IMG/VR virus record: IMGVR_UViG_3300008886_000001
Location: 4,181-68,180 of that record
DNA: 64,000 nucleotides
Direction: 5' to 3' (one strand)
Source: a virus
The notes beneath the pieces were generated by a model that ran no database searches, had not been told where the DNA came from, and worked only from the letters and a program-made list of their open reading frames with translations. The position numbers were made by a program, and so were the translations under genes. Shown piece after piece: positions 9,990-19,604 of the stretch; position 1 is the first letter of the stretch, and every line of letters starts with the position of its first letter.

Positions 9990-10253
9990 TCAGATGTCGG
10001 CCACCTCGTCGCGTTTCTGCCGCACCATCAGGCGCTCCGCGTAGGCTTCGCTCGCGCGCTCCTCGGACCCCGTGACGGCGAGCACCAGATCGTACACCTC
10101 GTTGTCGGCGCACCCCCGCGCGAGCCGTTCTTCCGCCTCGAGGATTTTCATGTTCTCGCGCAGGGCGATCTTCTCCCACGGGGTCAGGGGGGAGAGGGGG
10201 AACCCGTAGAAGCGGGCCGCTCGGTGCTCTCCGAGACGATGCCGGGCTTTTTT
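9990..10253 (-). CDS. Tail assembly chaperone T-like extension reached by -1 frameshift
   Basis: -1 frame from the A run is open (KKARHRLGEH...EVADI) to TGA at 9990, ending 10 nt before the tape measure start. Confidence 0.7.
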   Translation of the reverse strand, partial: KKARHRLGEHRAARFYGFPLSPLTPWEKIALRENMKILEAEERLARGCADNEVYDLVLAVTGSEERASEAYAERLMVRQKRDEVADI

Positions 10254-10516
10254 TTTGCGTACTCCTCGACCAGCACGTTCATCCGCCCGGCCAGCGCGAA
10301 CGCGGCGCCGTGGGACACGGGCGGCAGGCCCCGGTTCGCCAGCCACTCCACCCACGCGTTCGCGCGGGCGATGGGGTCCGCGTACTGGGCGTGGAGCGCG
10401 GCGTAGGTGTTCGTCGCCTCGAAGAGGTCGATCTGGACCAACAGGGGCGGCCCGTTCGTTTGTTTCGCCTCGACCGTGAGGTAGCCGTCGTCGGCATCGA
10501 TCACTTCTTTCGGCAT
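10184..10516 (-). CDS. Tail assembly chaperone (G-like, zero-frame product)
   Basis: GAGAGGA SD, ATG 10516; contains A-AAA-AAG slippery site. Confidence 0.75.
   Translation of the reverse strand: MPKEVIDADDGYLTVEAKQTNGPPLLVQIDLFEATNTYAALHAQYADPIARANAWVEWLANRGLPPVSHGAAFALAGRMNVLVEEYAKKKPGIVSESTERPASTGSPSPP
10247..10256 (-). promoter_or_regulatory. Programmed -1 frameshift site (A9 run, heptamer A-AAA-AAG) with downstream CTCGG/CCGAG hairpin
   Basis: Minus strand TAC GCA AAA AAA AAG CCC; canonical position upstream of tape measure. Confidence 0.75.
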
Positions 10517-10527
10517 TGTTGGTCCTC

Positions 10528-12330
10528 TCAACTGATGACGGGGTTGGGCGGGACGGCCAGCGCCAGCGTAACCGACGGTGGTACGGGCAGAACGTACCGG
10601 ATGCGCCACCACGCGCCGTAGACCGGCACGCCACTGAAGCCGCTACTGCTCACGATCTTCTGGGCGAACCCTTCGCCGCGGTCGGTGCGGTTGGCGACCA
10701 CCAGGGGCGCCCCGTTCACGTCACTGAGGGTGGGAACGGGAACGGGGTAACCGATCCGGAGGGCCGAGCCCGTGAGAAACACGTACACGACGGGCAGCGT
10801 GCGCTGCTGGACGAACGTGCCGCCGGCCGACGAGGACTGTGACGCTGATGATCCGTCGCCGGCGACAACATCGGTGGCCGGCGGGAAGAACGACGCATCC
10901 GTGCCGAGCGGCATTGAGACGGTTGCCGTCTTCGCGTTGAACGCTGCGGTCGAGCGGGCCGAGAGCGGCGCCAACGGGAGCGCGGATCCGACGACGACGT
11001 TGGAGGCGACATCGATCTCGATGCCGACATCGTAGTTCAGCCAGGACGTGCGCGGGGTCGGCGGGTCACCCCAATTGATCTTCACGCCGCCCCTGATCTG
11101 GAAGTTTTTCAAGGGGCCTCGTGCCCCCCGCATGATCACGTCCCTTTTCCCCCCCGCGGGCGGAAGTGTCAGACCCGCGCACAGGTCAACGATGGTGTCT
11201 TCGCCCGGGGTGAACCGGAGGCCCGTCGCCCAGCCGCGCGGGCCGACGGGTACGGCCAGGCTCGTCGCCCAGGTGTCCCAATTCGAACCCGGCACCGGGC
11301 GCCACAGGCCGCCCCGCGTGAGAATGGTCGCGAGATCCGGACCCGTGGTGGTGTACTGGAGGACGATGCGCACGGTCGGTTTGTCGTAGATCCTCGCATC
11401 GGACACGTTGAAGTCCAATGGCCAAAACGAGATCGGCTTCGCGAACAGTGCGGCCACCGCCCCGAACCCGGCGCCTCGCGCGGCCAGAATGCGATCGTTC
11501 GCCAGCGCCCAGAACGCGTTGACGGCCGCATCGACCGACGCGTTGAGCGCGACCTCGTAGGTCGCTTCGAGCGTGCCGACCCATTGGAAAATCTTGCCCG
11601 GCCCGGCCATGCGGTAGGTGTGCGACGCCTCGACCGTGACGACGCCCGCGGGCGGATAGTTCGGCCCGATCTGTTCATCGCGGATGTTGAAGTCGAGCCG
11701 GTTCTGGTCCTCGGAAACGTTAAAGACCCGGTCTGTACGCTGGAAACCCGCCAGGAGCGGCGGGTCGATCCGTTCGCGCCACTGGTCGGCGGAACTGGCG
11801 ACGGTGCGATTGCCCGGCGCGATCCGCGTTTGTGCGATGACCAGGTGGCCCTTGTACGTGCGCTTCGAGTACCCACTCTTGTCCACTACCACTTCGACCG
11901 AATACAAGAACTCCGACGGCCCCGAGTACCGACCGTCGTTGCACGTCGGGATCGCGAAACTCACGGTCCACGTCAGCCGGGTGGCGTTCCCGCCGCCGTA
12001 TGGTTTAGCCGTCACCTCGCCGGGCTTCGGTCCCCACGCGCAGTCGTTGGCCCCGTTCACGTTGACGAACACATTGCCGACCCCGCGGCCGTTGTACCGC
12101 AGGGCGCACGCCGGCTGCGTCAGGCGGGCGATCGCGTCGCGCACGATCGCGTCCGTCGGTAACGCCTGGATCACGCAGGTGAGCGTAAGGGTGAAATTGG
12201 TGTAAACGATGGTGCGCCCGGCGCTGTCCCACACCGGGCGCCCGCTGAACAGGAGCGTCTGGGTGGAGTTGTTCCACACGAAGCCGTTGTATGCCGCCTC
12301 GACGCCGGCAGGGATCGCCAGGTTAGCCAC
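10528..12330 (-). CDS. Putative tail structural protein (600 aa)
   Basis: Long beta-rich ORF within the tail operon; family not recognised. Confidence 0.45.
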   Translation of the reverse strand: MANLAIPAGVEAAYNGFVWNNSTQTLLFSGRPVWDSAGRTIVYTNFTLTLTCVIQALPTDAIVRDAIARLTQPACALRYNGRGVGNVFVNVNGANDCAWGPKPGEVTAKPYGGGNATRLTWTVSFAIPTCNDGRYSGPSEFLYSVEVVVDKSGYSKRTYKGHLVIAQTRIAPGNRTVASSADQWRERIDPPLLAGFQRTDRVFNVSEDQNRLDFNIRDEQIGPNYPPAGVVTVEASHTYRMAGPGKIFQWVGTLEATYEVALNASVDAAVNAFWALANDRILAARGAGFGAVAALFAKPISFWPLDFNVSDARIYDKPTVRIVLQYTTTGPDLATILTRGGLWRPVPGSNWDTWATSLAVPVGPRGWATGLRFTPGEDTIVDLCAGLTLPPAGGKRDVIMRGARGPLKNFQIRGGVKINWGDPPTPRTSWLNYDVGIEIDVASNVVVGSALPLAPLSARSTAAFNAKTATVSMPLGTDASFFPPATDVVAGDGSSASQSSSAGGTFVQQRTLPVVYVFLTGSALRIGYPVPVPTLSDVNGAPLVVANRTDRGEGFAQKIVSSSGFSGVPVYGAWWRIRYVLPVPPSVTLALAVPPNPVIS

Positions 12331-12339
12331 GGTCCCTCC

Positions 12340-12837
12340 TCAGCTCGTCGAGAACGCCAGGGTCGAGCCGCCCGAGGTGTATGGCAGCATGATCATCCGG
12401 ATAGGCAGTTCGCGCAGCCGCGAGTCGAGGAGAGTCTTCGGGTTGAACGACGGCGCGGGGAACGCGCCGGGCGCGGTCAGCGTGTTGGGGTTACCCACCG
12501 CCGCCGTGTTCGCCGTCACGGTGAAGACGAGCGACTGTGCGAGGGAGGACGCGAACGTCGCGCACGGGACGCCGGTGGTGAAGATCGTCCCGAGCGTGCC
12601 GCCGCCCAGCGCCCACAGGAGCGCCTTCGAGCCGGCGTTCCACTCCTTCAACATCATCGACACGTAACAGTCGCACCCGCGGAGGATGAGGTCGATGATC
12701 TGGAGCCCGAAGAGGTCGCTCTCCTCGATGTTCTCCTGCTTGAACTGGAACTCCAGTTCGAACCCCTGTTTCGTCATCCCGATGGGGGTCGAGCCCCACG
12801 CGCCGGCGTACCGACCGGCCACGAACGCGCCCAACAT
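12340..12837 (-). CDS. Putative major tail (tube) protein
   Basis: 165 aa, IGMTKQGFELEF pattern and position after neck genes. Confidence 0.5.
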   Translation of the reverse strand: MLGAFVAGRYAGAWGSTPIGMTKQGFELEFQFKQENIEESDLFGLQIIDLILRGCDCYVSMMLKEWNAGSKALLWALGGGTLGTIFTTGVPCATFASSLAQSLVFTVTANTAAVGNPNTLTAPGAFPAPSFNPKTLLDSRLRELPIRMIMLPYTSGGSTLAFSTS

Positions 12838-12840
12838 GCT

Positions 12841-13179
12841 TCACCCGCCTTTCCGCGTCAGGGGAAATTTAGCGACGCCGTTGGACGCCCCGCCGGCCGC
12901 CAGAAACACCTCGGACGCCTTACACGCGGCGCAGTTGACGCTCCCGGGCTCGCTGGTGAACGCCGCCCCCACCGCACCGAACCGGATTTGGGGGTCGCAC
13001 GCCGCGTGCCCCAGCCCGCGCCCGCGCCGCTTGGAGGGCGGGTCGAAGTGGACCGTGACGAGGGGTACCACGATGTCGGCGTCTCGGGGATCGGTCGCGG
13101 GGTCGATCCCGCAGCGGGCGCACGCGGGCTTGTCGGCCTCGAACTCGGCCCGGCACTCCAAGCAGCGGTAGAGCGGCAT
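12841..13179 (-). CDS. Small Cys-rich (CxxC) protein
   Basis: CLEC...CARC...CAAC; translationally coupled in tail operon. Confidence 0.55.
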   Translation of the reverse strand: MPLYRCLECRAEFEADKPACARCGIDPATDPRDADIVVPLVTVHFDPPSKRRGRGLGHAACDPQIRFGAVGAAFTSEPGSVNCAACKASEVFLAAGGASNGVAKFPLTRKGG

Positions 13180-13181
13180 GG

Positions 13182-13754
13182 TCAGCTCCCGATGTATTGC
13201 ACGCGGCGCGCCTCTTTCAGCGTCACCTCGACGTAGTACACGTCGGTCTTGACGGACGAATCCGTCCAGTCGGGCGGCGCCTTGATCACCTTCCCGATGG
13301 GGCCGGCGCGGAGCGGTTCGATGAACCCGTTTTTCGTCACGGTTCCGCCGTTCACCGCGACCCACTCGGCCGTGTTCGGGATCAGCGTGTTCGCGCTGAT
13401 CCGGTGGATGTCGTCCTGGTTGAGCGCCGCCGCCACCATGTCCGCCTGGTCGAGCAGTTGCGCCGGGGTCGTGATCTGGGCGCCGCGCCGGTCCCGGGGC
13501 GCGTATCCCATGCGGACCGTGATCGTCACAACGACGCCGTAGTACCGGTCGAGCCCCTGCGCGTTATCGTCAATATCGCGTTCCCCGCCGGAGGAGATCG
13601 CGTAATACATCTGCCCCGAAAACCCTGGGGGCTTTCCGTCCGGCTGGACGCCGCAGATCGCGCCGGTTCCGAGCGCGCCGGTGGGATTGTCGTTCAGGAC
13701 CGCGGCCGAGCGCAACCGCTGCTCGACCCCCGAAAGTAGCGCCCACATGCTCAC
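13182..13754 (-). CDS. Putative tail terminator/neck protein
   Basis: Position after virion morphogenesis gene; ATGA overlap. Confidence 0.4.
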   Translation of the reverse strand: MSMWALLSGVEQRLRSAAVLNDNPTGALGTGAICGVQPDGKPPGFSGQMYYAISSGGERDIDDNAQGLDRYYGVVVTITVRMGYAPRDRRGAQITTPAQLLDQADMVAAALNQDDIHRISANTLIPNTAEWVAVNGGTVTKNGFIEPLRAGPIGKVIKAPPDWTDSSVKTDVYYVEVTLKEARRVQYIGS

Positions 13755-14308
13755 GGCGTCGGCCCCGCTGCGATCAACACTTCGATCACCTTTTGCAGTG
13801 CCACTTCCATTGCCCGCTCCACCGGCTCGACCCAGGCGTCCGGTAACTCTCCGTTCGGCGGCACGATCGCCCGGGGCGGCATGTGCGGCGTGCCGTACTG
13901 GTGGAAGTCGGCGTACTCCGCGTCCGTGCCGACCGTCACCCCGCGCGCGTCAATCTTGAAAACCTGATCCGGGTGGAGCGACGGCAGTTCGTCCGGTCCC
14001 GGTCGTAGGCTCTGTAGCAACCGCCCCGTCTCGAGGAGGATGTCGCTGTCCGTCCGCCCCGCGCGCCGACGCTTCTGGAGCGTCGCAAGAGCGAGGTCCG
14101 GCCACGCGATACCGTCCGATCCCACGCCACCGGTCGCTTTCGTCAGGTACGCCCCGCGGATCTCGCCGAGTACCGCGTTCCCCACGTAGCCCCAGAAGAT
14201 CGCATGGAGGCCGTGGGGATCGGGGGCGCGCCCGGCGAGGACGGCCGGGAGGCTGCGGAGGGCGGCGGTTAATTGCGCCCTCGTTCCCCTCCAGCGGAGC
14301 GTAGCCAT
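13751..14308 (-). CDS. Phage virion morphogenesis protein (Mu gpG / P2 S-like)
   Basis: W.DLALATLQKR...ILLETGRLLQSL...VTVGTDAEYADFHQYGT.HMPPR. Confidence 0.8.
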   Translation of the reverse strand: MATLRWRGTRAQLTAALRSLPAVLAGRAPDPHGLHAIFWGYVGNAVLGEIRGAYLTKATGGVGSDGIAWPDLALATLQKRRRAGRTDSDILLETGRLLQSLRPGPDELPSLHPDQVFKIDARGVTVGTDAEYADFHQYGTPHMPPRAIVPPNGELPDAWVEPVERAMEVALQKVIEVLIAAGPTP

Positions 14309-14625
14309 CAGCCACCAGAGCCAGCGGGAGCGATGTACGGTTCATTCGGCGCCATCTTCATTACCCGGAGCGGGGCCGGGTGGCGCTCCTTCAGTACCTT
14401 CACCCGTTTCGTCACCGGGTCGATGCGGAACAGGTTGTCTGCGAGGGAATAATCGTACCGCTCCACCTCGCCCGTTTCGGTGTCCGCCGAGAGCAACATG
14501 ATGAGCTGCTTCCCGTTCGCGTCGAACGTCCGGCAGGGCCACGGGAACGGCTCGGACCCCGGAACGGGCGGTTCGCCGCCCGGGATGCCGTCCAACTTTT
14601 TGTGCCTGGCGTCATAAATCGGCAT
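14308..14625 (-). CDS. Hypothetical phage protein (MPIYDAR...)
   Basis: ATG 2 nt after upstream TAG; fills gap between neck genes. Confidence 0.55.
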   Translation of the reverse strand: MPIYDARHKKLDGIPGGEPPVPGSEPFPWPCRTFDANGKQLIMLLSADTETGEVERYDYSLADNLFRIDPVTKRVKVLKERHPAPLRVMKMAPNEPYIAPAGSGG

Positions 14626-14627
14626 CG

Positions 14628-15125
14628 CTACCTCACGTCCGGAGCTGTCTCGTCGATGACTCGCTTGTACCCATCGGCGATGCCCGTGCTGCGGCTGGTA
14701 TCGACCCCCACCTGATCGTTGATCTTGCGCAGATCGACGTGGTAGTTGGTCGTGACGACCGCGCGCCGGGTGGCCGGGAGCCGGAGCTTGGCCTTCCCGG
14801 TGCGGACCTTCTCGAGGAGCTTCTCCCGCCGCTTGCACTCCGCGTCCACCCCGGCCGGCAGGTCGTTCAACCGGTGCAGGCACCACCACCGGACCGCGAA
14901 CCACGTCGCCGACTGTGCCACGTACTCGTCCGTCGCACAGTTCGCCTGGGTGTACCGGATCAGGTACACGTCCGCGTCGGACGTGCCGGCGTTGATCGCG
15001 AGCGTCATGAAATCGCCGGTGGTGTCCGTTTCGTCGTCGTCACGTAACGAGAGCCCCAGCGTGCCGATCAGATCGGTTACGCGGGCGCTCGTGGTGTACG
15101 GGATCGCGACGGACGGGATCGCCAT
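14628..15125 (-). CDS. Head-tail connector (Mu gp36/DUF1320-like)
   Basis: Y.T...V.D...AINAGTSDADVYL.RY...KRREKLLEKVRTGKAKL pattern; ends in TAG. Confidence 0.65.
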   Translation of the reverse strand: MAIPSVAIPYTTSARVTDLIGTLGLSLRDDDETDTTGDFMTLAINAGTSDADVYLIRYTQANCATDEYVAQSATWFAVRWWCLHRLNDLPAGVDAECKRREKLLEKVRTGKAKLRLPATRRAVVTTNYHVDLRKINDQVGVDTSRSTGIADGYKRVIDETAPDVR

Positions 15126-15132
15126 GTCTGGA

Positions 15133-15148
15133 AGTGTGACCGGGACAC
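15133..15148 (-). promoter_or_regulatory. Putative late promoter GTGTCC-N4-CACACT, leaderless
   Basis: ATG 15125 is 7 nt downstream; motif shared with six other starts. Confidence 0.55.
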
Positions 15149-15164
15149 GGGACAGCTCGCAGTA

Positions 15165-16970
15165 TCAGCCGATCTCGACGATGCCACTGCCCCCGCCACC
15201 TGCGAGAGTGCCGGTGTACTGTGTGCCGTTCGTTCCGTACTGCACGCCGGATTTCACGTTGCCCACTGTTGGCAACGTGACGTTGCCTGTCGAGGCCGAC
15301 CCGGGACCGAAAACGACGCCGGAGATTACCTGCCCCGTCGTCGGGAGAACAATAGTGCCGATCGAGCCCCCCCCGGCGCCGAAGGTGATGCCGTTGAGAA
15401 CCTGTGCGGCCGTTGGCAACGTGACGGTTCCCGTGCTGACACCGTTCGGCCCGAAGGTGACGCCGGACAACACCTGCGCGGTTGTCGGCAACGTGATCGT
15501 GCCGGTCGAGCTGCCGCCCGGCCCGAACGTCACGCCCGAAAGTACCTGAGCAGCGGTGGGCAACGTGACGGTCCCGGTGGACGCGGCGCCAGGACCGAAG
15601 GTGATCCCGTTGAGGACCTGCGCGACGGTCGGTAGGGTCACGGTGCCGGTCAGCGCCGAACCGAACCCGAACGCCACTCCGGAAAGCACCTGTGCAACGG
15701 TTGGGAGTACCGCGTCCTGGTGCTGTGCGGCGCCGATGTCGTTGAAGTTCGCTGTGAGACCGCCCGGGTACGTTGCGGGGTAACTCGCGGCCCGGAGCTG
15801 CGCGCCCGCGCCCGCCGTGGTGTTCAGCGCGAAGTTGCCGGCCGCCGCGTTGACGAACGCGGAGCCCGTCAGGTTGATCGCGCCGAGATCCACGGTCGGC
15901 ACGGTTGCCGTGTTGATCCGCCCCGACGAATTGCTGTACGCGCCGCAGGTCTGTAGCACCAGCACGCCCGTACTGGTCGAGGCGAAGGCGTACCCCGAAT
16001 TGGCCTCGGAGTAGCAGTTGACGAGGATCGCGGTGCCGGCGGAACTGAAAGCGAACCCGTGCGACCCGTTACCGTAGGCCACACAGTTGATCGCGGCCGT
16101 GTTAGCCGGCGGTGCGAAACCGGTAGTGGTTGCTCCGGTGTTGGAATACGCAATGCAGTCGATCGAAAAGCCACCGAACGGGGTGCTCGTGTTGCCGTAA
16201 GCGATGCAGAAAATGGATGTGCCCGTTGTGACCGTCGCGCTCCCGTTCCCGGTGAAAATGCAGCCGATACATATGCCACCCTGAACCGCGTTGTTCCGGC
16301 AGTTCTTGACGGTGCTGTTGATCAACACCACGCCGGCACTGTTGACGGCAGAACTGTTGGCGGTCGCGTTCCCGTCGATGACAAAGTTCCACGCGACGCA
16401 GCTCGCCGCCGACGCGGAAAACATGCTCCCGCTATTCACTTGCACTTGAAACGTCGGCTGAAGTGCGTCCGTATTGCCGACCGCGCGCGTCGTGTTGTAC
16501 CCGCACCAGATGATGCCGGCACTTGATTGCACCCGGCCGCCGGCGACGTTGACCGTCGTGGTCGTGTTCGCGAACACGGACAAGTTGTACTTCACGAACA
16601 CGATCATGCCGGGCACGGTCGCGACGGCGGCCGCAACCCCGGGCGACAGCAGCGCGCCGCCGATGTTGATCGTCTGACCCGTGGCCGTGGCGATGGTCCG
16701 GTCCACCACGATCGCCGTCGCGCTCGTCCGCGCGACGATCTGGTACCACGCCGCGCCGATGTAGGCGAGGTTCCCCACGACGTCCGCGCCGAAGTTCGCG
16801 GACGCACTCGTGACGGTGGTCGTTCCGTTCGTCACCACATCGGCCACCGCGTACTGCGGCGCCGCCTGCTGGCTCCAATCGGTCCCGGATGAGCCCGTGA
16901 CGAAGCCGCCGCCGTTGGTGTCGGCGCCGGTCGTGCGGACCTCGAAGACGGTTGATGCCGATAGGGTCAT
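15165..16970 (-). CDS. Putative tail fibre/spike with beta-helix-like core and C-terminal tandem repeats
   Basis: Repeating N/C-x-A-Y-G-N-type turns (pectin-lyase-like) followed by 24-aa repeats. Confidence 0.55.
   Translation of the reverse strand: MTLSASTVFEVRTTGADTNGGGFVTGSSGTDWSQQAAPQYAVADVVTNGTTTVTSASANFGADVVGNLAYIGAAWYQIVARTSATAIVVDRTIATATGQTINIGGALLSPGVAAAVATVPGMIVFVKYNLSVFANTTTTVNVAGGRVQSSAGIIWCGYNTTRAVGNTDALQPTFQVQVNSGSMFSASAASCVAWNFVIDGNATANSSAVNSAGVVLINSTVKNCRNNAVQGGICIGCIFTGNGSATVTTGTSIFCIAYGNTSTPFGGFSIDCIAYSNTGATTTGFAPPANTAAINCVAYGNGSHGFAFSSAGTAILVNCYSEANSGYAFASTSTGVLVLQTCGAYSNSSGRINTATVPTVDLGAINLTGSAFVNAAAGNFALNTTAGAGAQLRAASYPATYPGGLTANFNDIGAAQHQDAVLPTVAQVLSGVAFGFGSALTGTVTLPTVAQVLNGITFGPGAASTGTVTLPTAAQVLSGVTFGPGGSSTGTITLPTTAQVLSGVTFGPNGVSTGTVTLPTAAQVLNGITFGAGGGSIGTIVLPTTGQVISGVVFGPGSASTGNVTLPTVGNVKSGVQYGTNGTQYTGTLAGGGGSGIVEIG
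15204..15707 (-). repeat. Seven tandem 72-bp (24-aa) coding repeats LPT.AQVL.G..FG.G..STGT.T
   Basis: Read directly from the translation. Confidence 0.9.
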
Positions 16971-16973
16971 CGC

Positions 16974-17324
16974 TTAGCTCAGAGCGGATTGGGCGTGAAC
17001 CGAGACCTGTAAGAACTGGTTCAGCATCAGGCTCGATGACGCCTCCAGGTAGCCGACGAGCGTCGTCATGTTCGCGACGAGCGTCTGCACCTGGGCATCC
17101 GTGACGTTGGCCCGGCCGTCGGGGCTCCCGGCGTGCGTGCCGCCCGCGAGTGACCCGTCGTCGATCGGGTTGCTGTCGTTGGGGATGACCGTGCCCACGC
17201 TCTGGCCGTTCCACACCTGGAGCACGCGCTTCATCGTGAGGTAGCAGCTCACGACCGCGTCCGCACCGGGGCGCGCATAGTTGTTGTCGAAGGCAACGGC
17301 CTGGGCATTGGTGTTATTGGCCAT
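16974..17324 (-). CDS. Hypothetical virion protein
   Basis: 116 aa ORF in operon. Confidence 0.55.
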   Translation of the reverse strand: MANNTNAQAVAFDNNYARPGADAVVSCYLTMKRVLQVWNGQSVGTVIPNDSNPIDDGSLAGGTHAGSPDGRANVTDAQVQTLVANMTTLVGYLEASSSLMLNQFLQVSVHAQSALS

Positions 17325-17342
17325 GTGGGTTCTCGGTGTTGG

Positions 17343-17705
17343 TCACCGCAGCATGTGGATGCCGGAGCAGGTTGTTCCGGCGGCGATGATGTAAGCGATT
17401 GGGATCTTGATCGTGCAGGTCGCCGGCACAACCAGGGAGTCCTGTTTTCCGGTCGCCGTGACGAACACGATGGTCCCGGCGGCCTCGATATAGAGCCGCT
17501 TTGCGTACTGCCCCGAGTACGTGAGCGGGCCGGCCACCGCACCGCTCTGTTTCGGTGTGCTGCCGGTCGGACAGGTCAAATCACAGTCGTTGACGTAGGC
17601 ACCGGGCGTGCCCCCCATGAGCGCGTCGAGTTTGTACGACTCGGCGCAGTCGCGCCCGCTGGTGTCGGGCGGAAGGGTCGGGGCCTGGTACAGCGTGATG
17701 GACAT
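17343..17705 (-). CDS. Hypothetical virion protein
   Basis: 120 aa ORF in operon. Confidence 0.55.
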   Translation of the reverse strand: MSITLYQAPTLPPDTSGRDCAESYKLDALMGGTPGAYVNDCDLTCPTGSTPKQSGAVAGPLTYSGQYAKRLYIEAAGTIVFVTATGKQDSLVVPATCTIKIPIAYIIAAGTTCSGIHMLR

Positions 17706-17770
17706 GACGGCCTCGGCGGGTGCGGCCCGCTCTCCTCCGGGTGCTCGCCGCTCCGGCTCATCGGCTGCGG

Positions 17771-18880
17771 TCAGTTCGAGCCGGTGAGCGTGGCCGTTTG
17801 GAGTTTCACGTCGCCGGCGGCGCCGGTCGTGTAACTCGACCCGGTGATGACGATGTTGATGACGGCGTTCTCTGGGAGCGTGAGGGCCTGTCCGATCTGC
17901 ATCCCGGTGTGGGTGTTACCCAGCACGGTGAACGCCTGGCCGGTCATCTGGGTGTTGGACCCCGTCGCCCCGTACTTGGTGATCTGCACGTTGCCGGAGA
18001 AGGCGACGGCGTTGTTGGGCGTGGTGCCGTTGACCCAGGCCCCCGAATCAAGGATCGGTGTGCCGGCCGTGACCGTGCCGCCGGAGATCACGCCGCCCGT
18101 CACCGTTTGGCCCGACATGGTCGGGTTGGCGAACACTTTGAACCGCTTGTTGTTCGTGTTCGCGCCGGTGAGTCCCTGGAACAGGAGGTTGAGTTGCCGG
18201 CTCGGCTGATCGAAGATGCTCGCCGGCACCTGAACGCCCCAGAGGATGTCGTCGGTGGTGTCGGCCCCGTTCCCCGCGACCGGGTTGCCCGCGACCGCGG
18301 CGATGTTCCCCTCTTCGCGGAACACGCCGAGCACGGTGCCGTTGGGCGCCGACCCCATCTGGGTCACTTCGGTACTCTGCATCGTCCCGGCGACGCTGGT
18401 CATCGCGCCGGCGACGCCGATGGAGGTAGCGTTCGTTACGGCGAGTGGGCTGAGCGGGGCCGACCCGAACTCGGCCGTGGTCCCGGCCTCCAGGGTCATC
18501 ACCATCCCGGTGAGAGACCCCGCGCTCAGGACGTAGGCGCGGATTGCCTTTTCTCCGGCGCAGTCGAACCGAAAGCTGCTGATGGCGTTGTCGGGCGGGG
18601 TCGCGGACCCGGAGTTGTATCGGACGCCGGTCTGTTCGTTGTACAGTGCGAGCCCCTGCCACACCGAGGAGTTGCTTATGATCTTTTCGACCACCACGGT
18701 GCAATTCGTGAACCCCTGGTTTGGGGCCGGGCTGACGGTCAGGATGCCCTGCGACGCCGGCCCTTTCCCGTCCGGGACGAGTAAGCAGGTGGTGTTGCCG
18801 TTCTGCGCTTGACTGGTCGTCGTCGCGGCCGTCGCGTTCGTGGCGGTCGCGGTGATGTTGGGCTGACTGATGGACTTCAT
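17771..18880 (-). CDS. Thr/Gly/Asn-rich putative virion protein
   Basis: 369 aa ORF downstream of capsid gene. Confidence 0.55.
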   Translation of the reverse strand: MKSISQPNITATATNATAATTTSQAQNGNTTCLLVPDGKGPASQGILTVSPAPNQGFTNCTVVVEKIISNSSVWQGLALYNEQTGVRYNSGSATPPDNAISSFRFDCAGEKAIRAYVLSAGSLTGMVMTLEAGTTAEFGSAPLSPLAVTNATSIGVAGAMTSVAGTMQSTEVTQMGSAPNGTVLGVFREEGNIAAVAGNPVAGNGADTTDDILWGVQVPASIFDQPSRQLNLLFQGLTGANTNNKRFKVFANPTMSGQTVTGGVISGGTVTAGTPILDSGAWVNGTTPNNAVAFSGNVQITKYGATGSNTQMTGQAFTVLGNTHTGMQIGQALTLPENAVINIVITGSSYTTGAAGDVKLQTATLTGSN

Positions 18881-18938
18881 CGCTGGCTCCCGGCGGACTC
18901 GGGTCTCAAGTTGTGCGTAACAAGGTGCGGTGCGGCGA

Positions 18939-19544
18939 TCAGGCCACGGCCGGTTCCAGGGTTGCCGCTGCGGCAGTCGGTGCGCCCTGGGGTGCCGGGG
19001 TCAATGGGGCCACCGGGGCTGTCATGAAGCCCGGCCGTCCCTTTGGGCGCCCTGGCGGCCGACCCGGCCCGCGGCCGGTCTTGCCCTTGCTGACCGGCCG
19101 CTTGGGCTTGGGCTTCACCTTGGTCAGGCCGATCGGTAGTTCCTCTTTGAACGCCTCTTCGGCCTGCGGATCGAACTCCTCGAGCGCGTCGCCGACCGGG
19201 TCGGGTTCCTCGTCCGGGGGCAGTTCGGTGCCCGCCAGGATGAGTTTCTCGACCGGCACTTCTTCTTCGCGCGGGACCGACAGGTACTGGCCCGTCTCGG
19301 CGATCTGCCGCGCCTTCGCCAGGGTCAACTCCGGCGTCGGCGGGTAGTTCATGCACGAGTGGTGCGTGCCGGCCTTCTCCATCACGTCGAGGATCTCGGT
19401 GGCCGTCGCGATCCGCTTCTCCTTGCGGTGCGTGTGGACCAGGAACAACCGGGGCAACTCGAGCTTGTCCGCGCCGGTGCCGGTCGCCGCCAGGCGCTCG
19501 ATCAACTCCGCCCCGTTCACCGCCGGTTTCTCGATCGGGAGCAT
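18939..19544 (-). CDS. Hypothetical protein with acidic middle and basic GRP-repeat tail
   Basis: GAGGA SD, ATG 19544; KGKTGRGPGRPPGRPKGRPG. Confidence 0.6.
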   Translation of the reverse strand: MLPIEKPAVNGAELIERLAATGTGADKLELPRLFLVHTHRKEKRIATATEILDVMEKAGTHHSCMNYPPTPELTLAKARQIAETGQYLSVPREEEVPVEKLILAGTELPPDEEPDPVGDALEEFDPQAEEAFKEELPIGLTKVKPKPKRPVSKGKTGRGPGRPPGRPKGRPGFMTAPVAPLTPAPQGAPTAAAATLEPAVA

Positions 19545-19604
19545 TCGACTGTCCTCAACGGTCCGTGCCCTGGGTCCGGTTCGACACAATTAACCAAACA
19601 ATTA

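Noticed and set aside
15165-16970. Diversity-generating retroelement or shufflon acting on the fibre gene
   Set aside because: No reverse transcriptase, no TR/VR pair with adenine-specific mismatches and no invertible repeats seen
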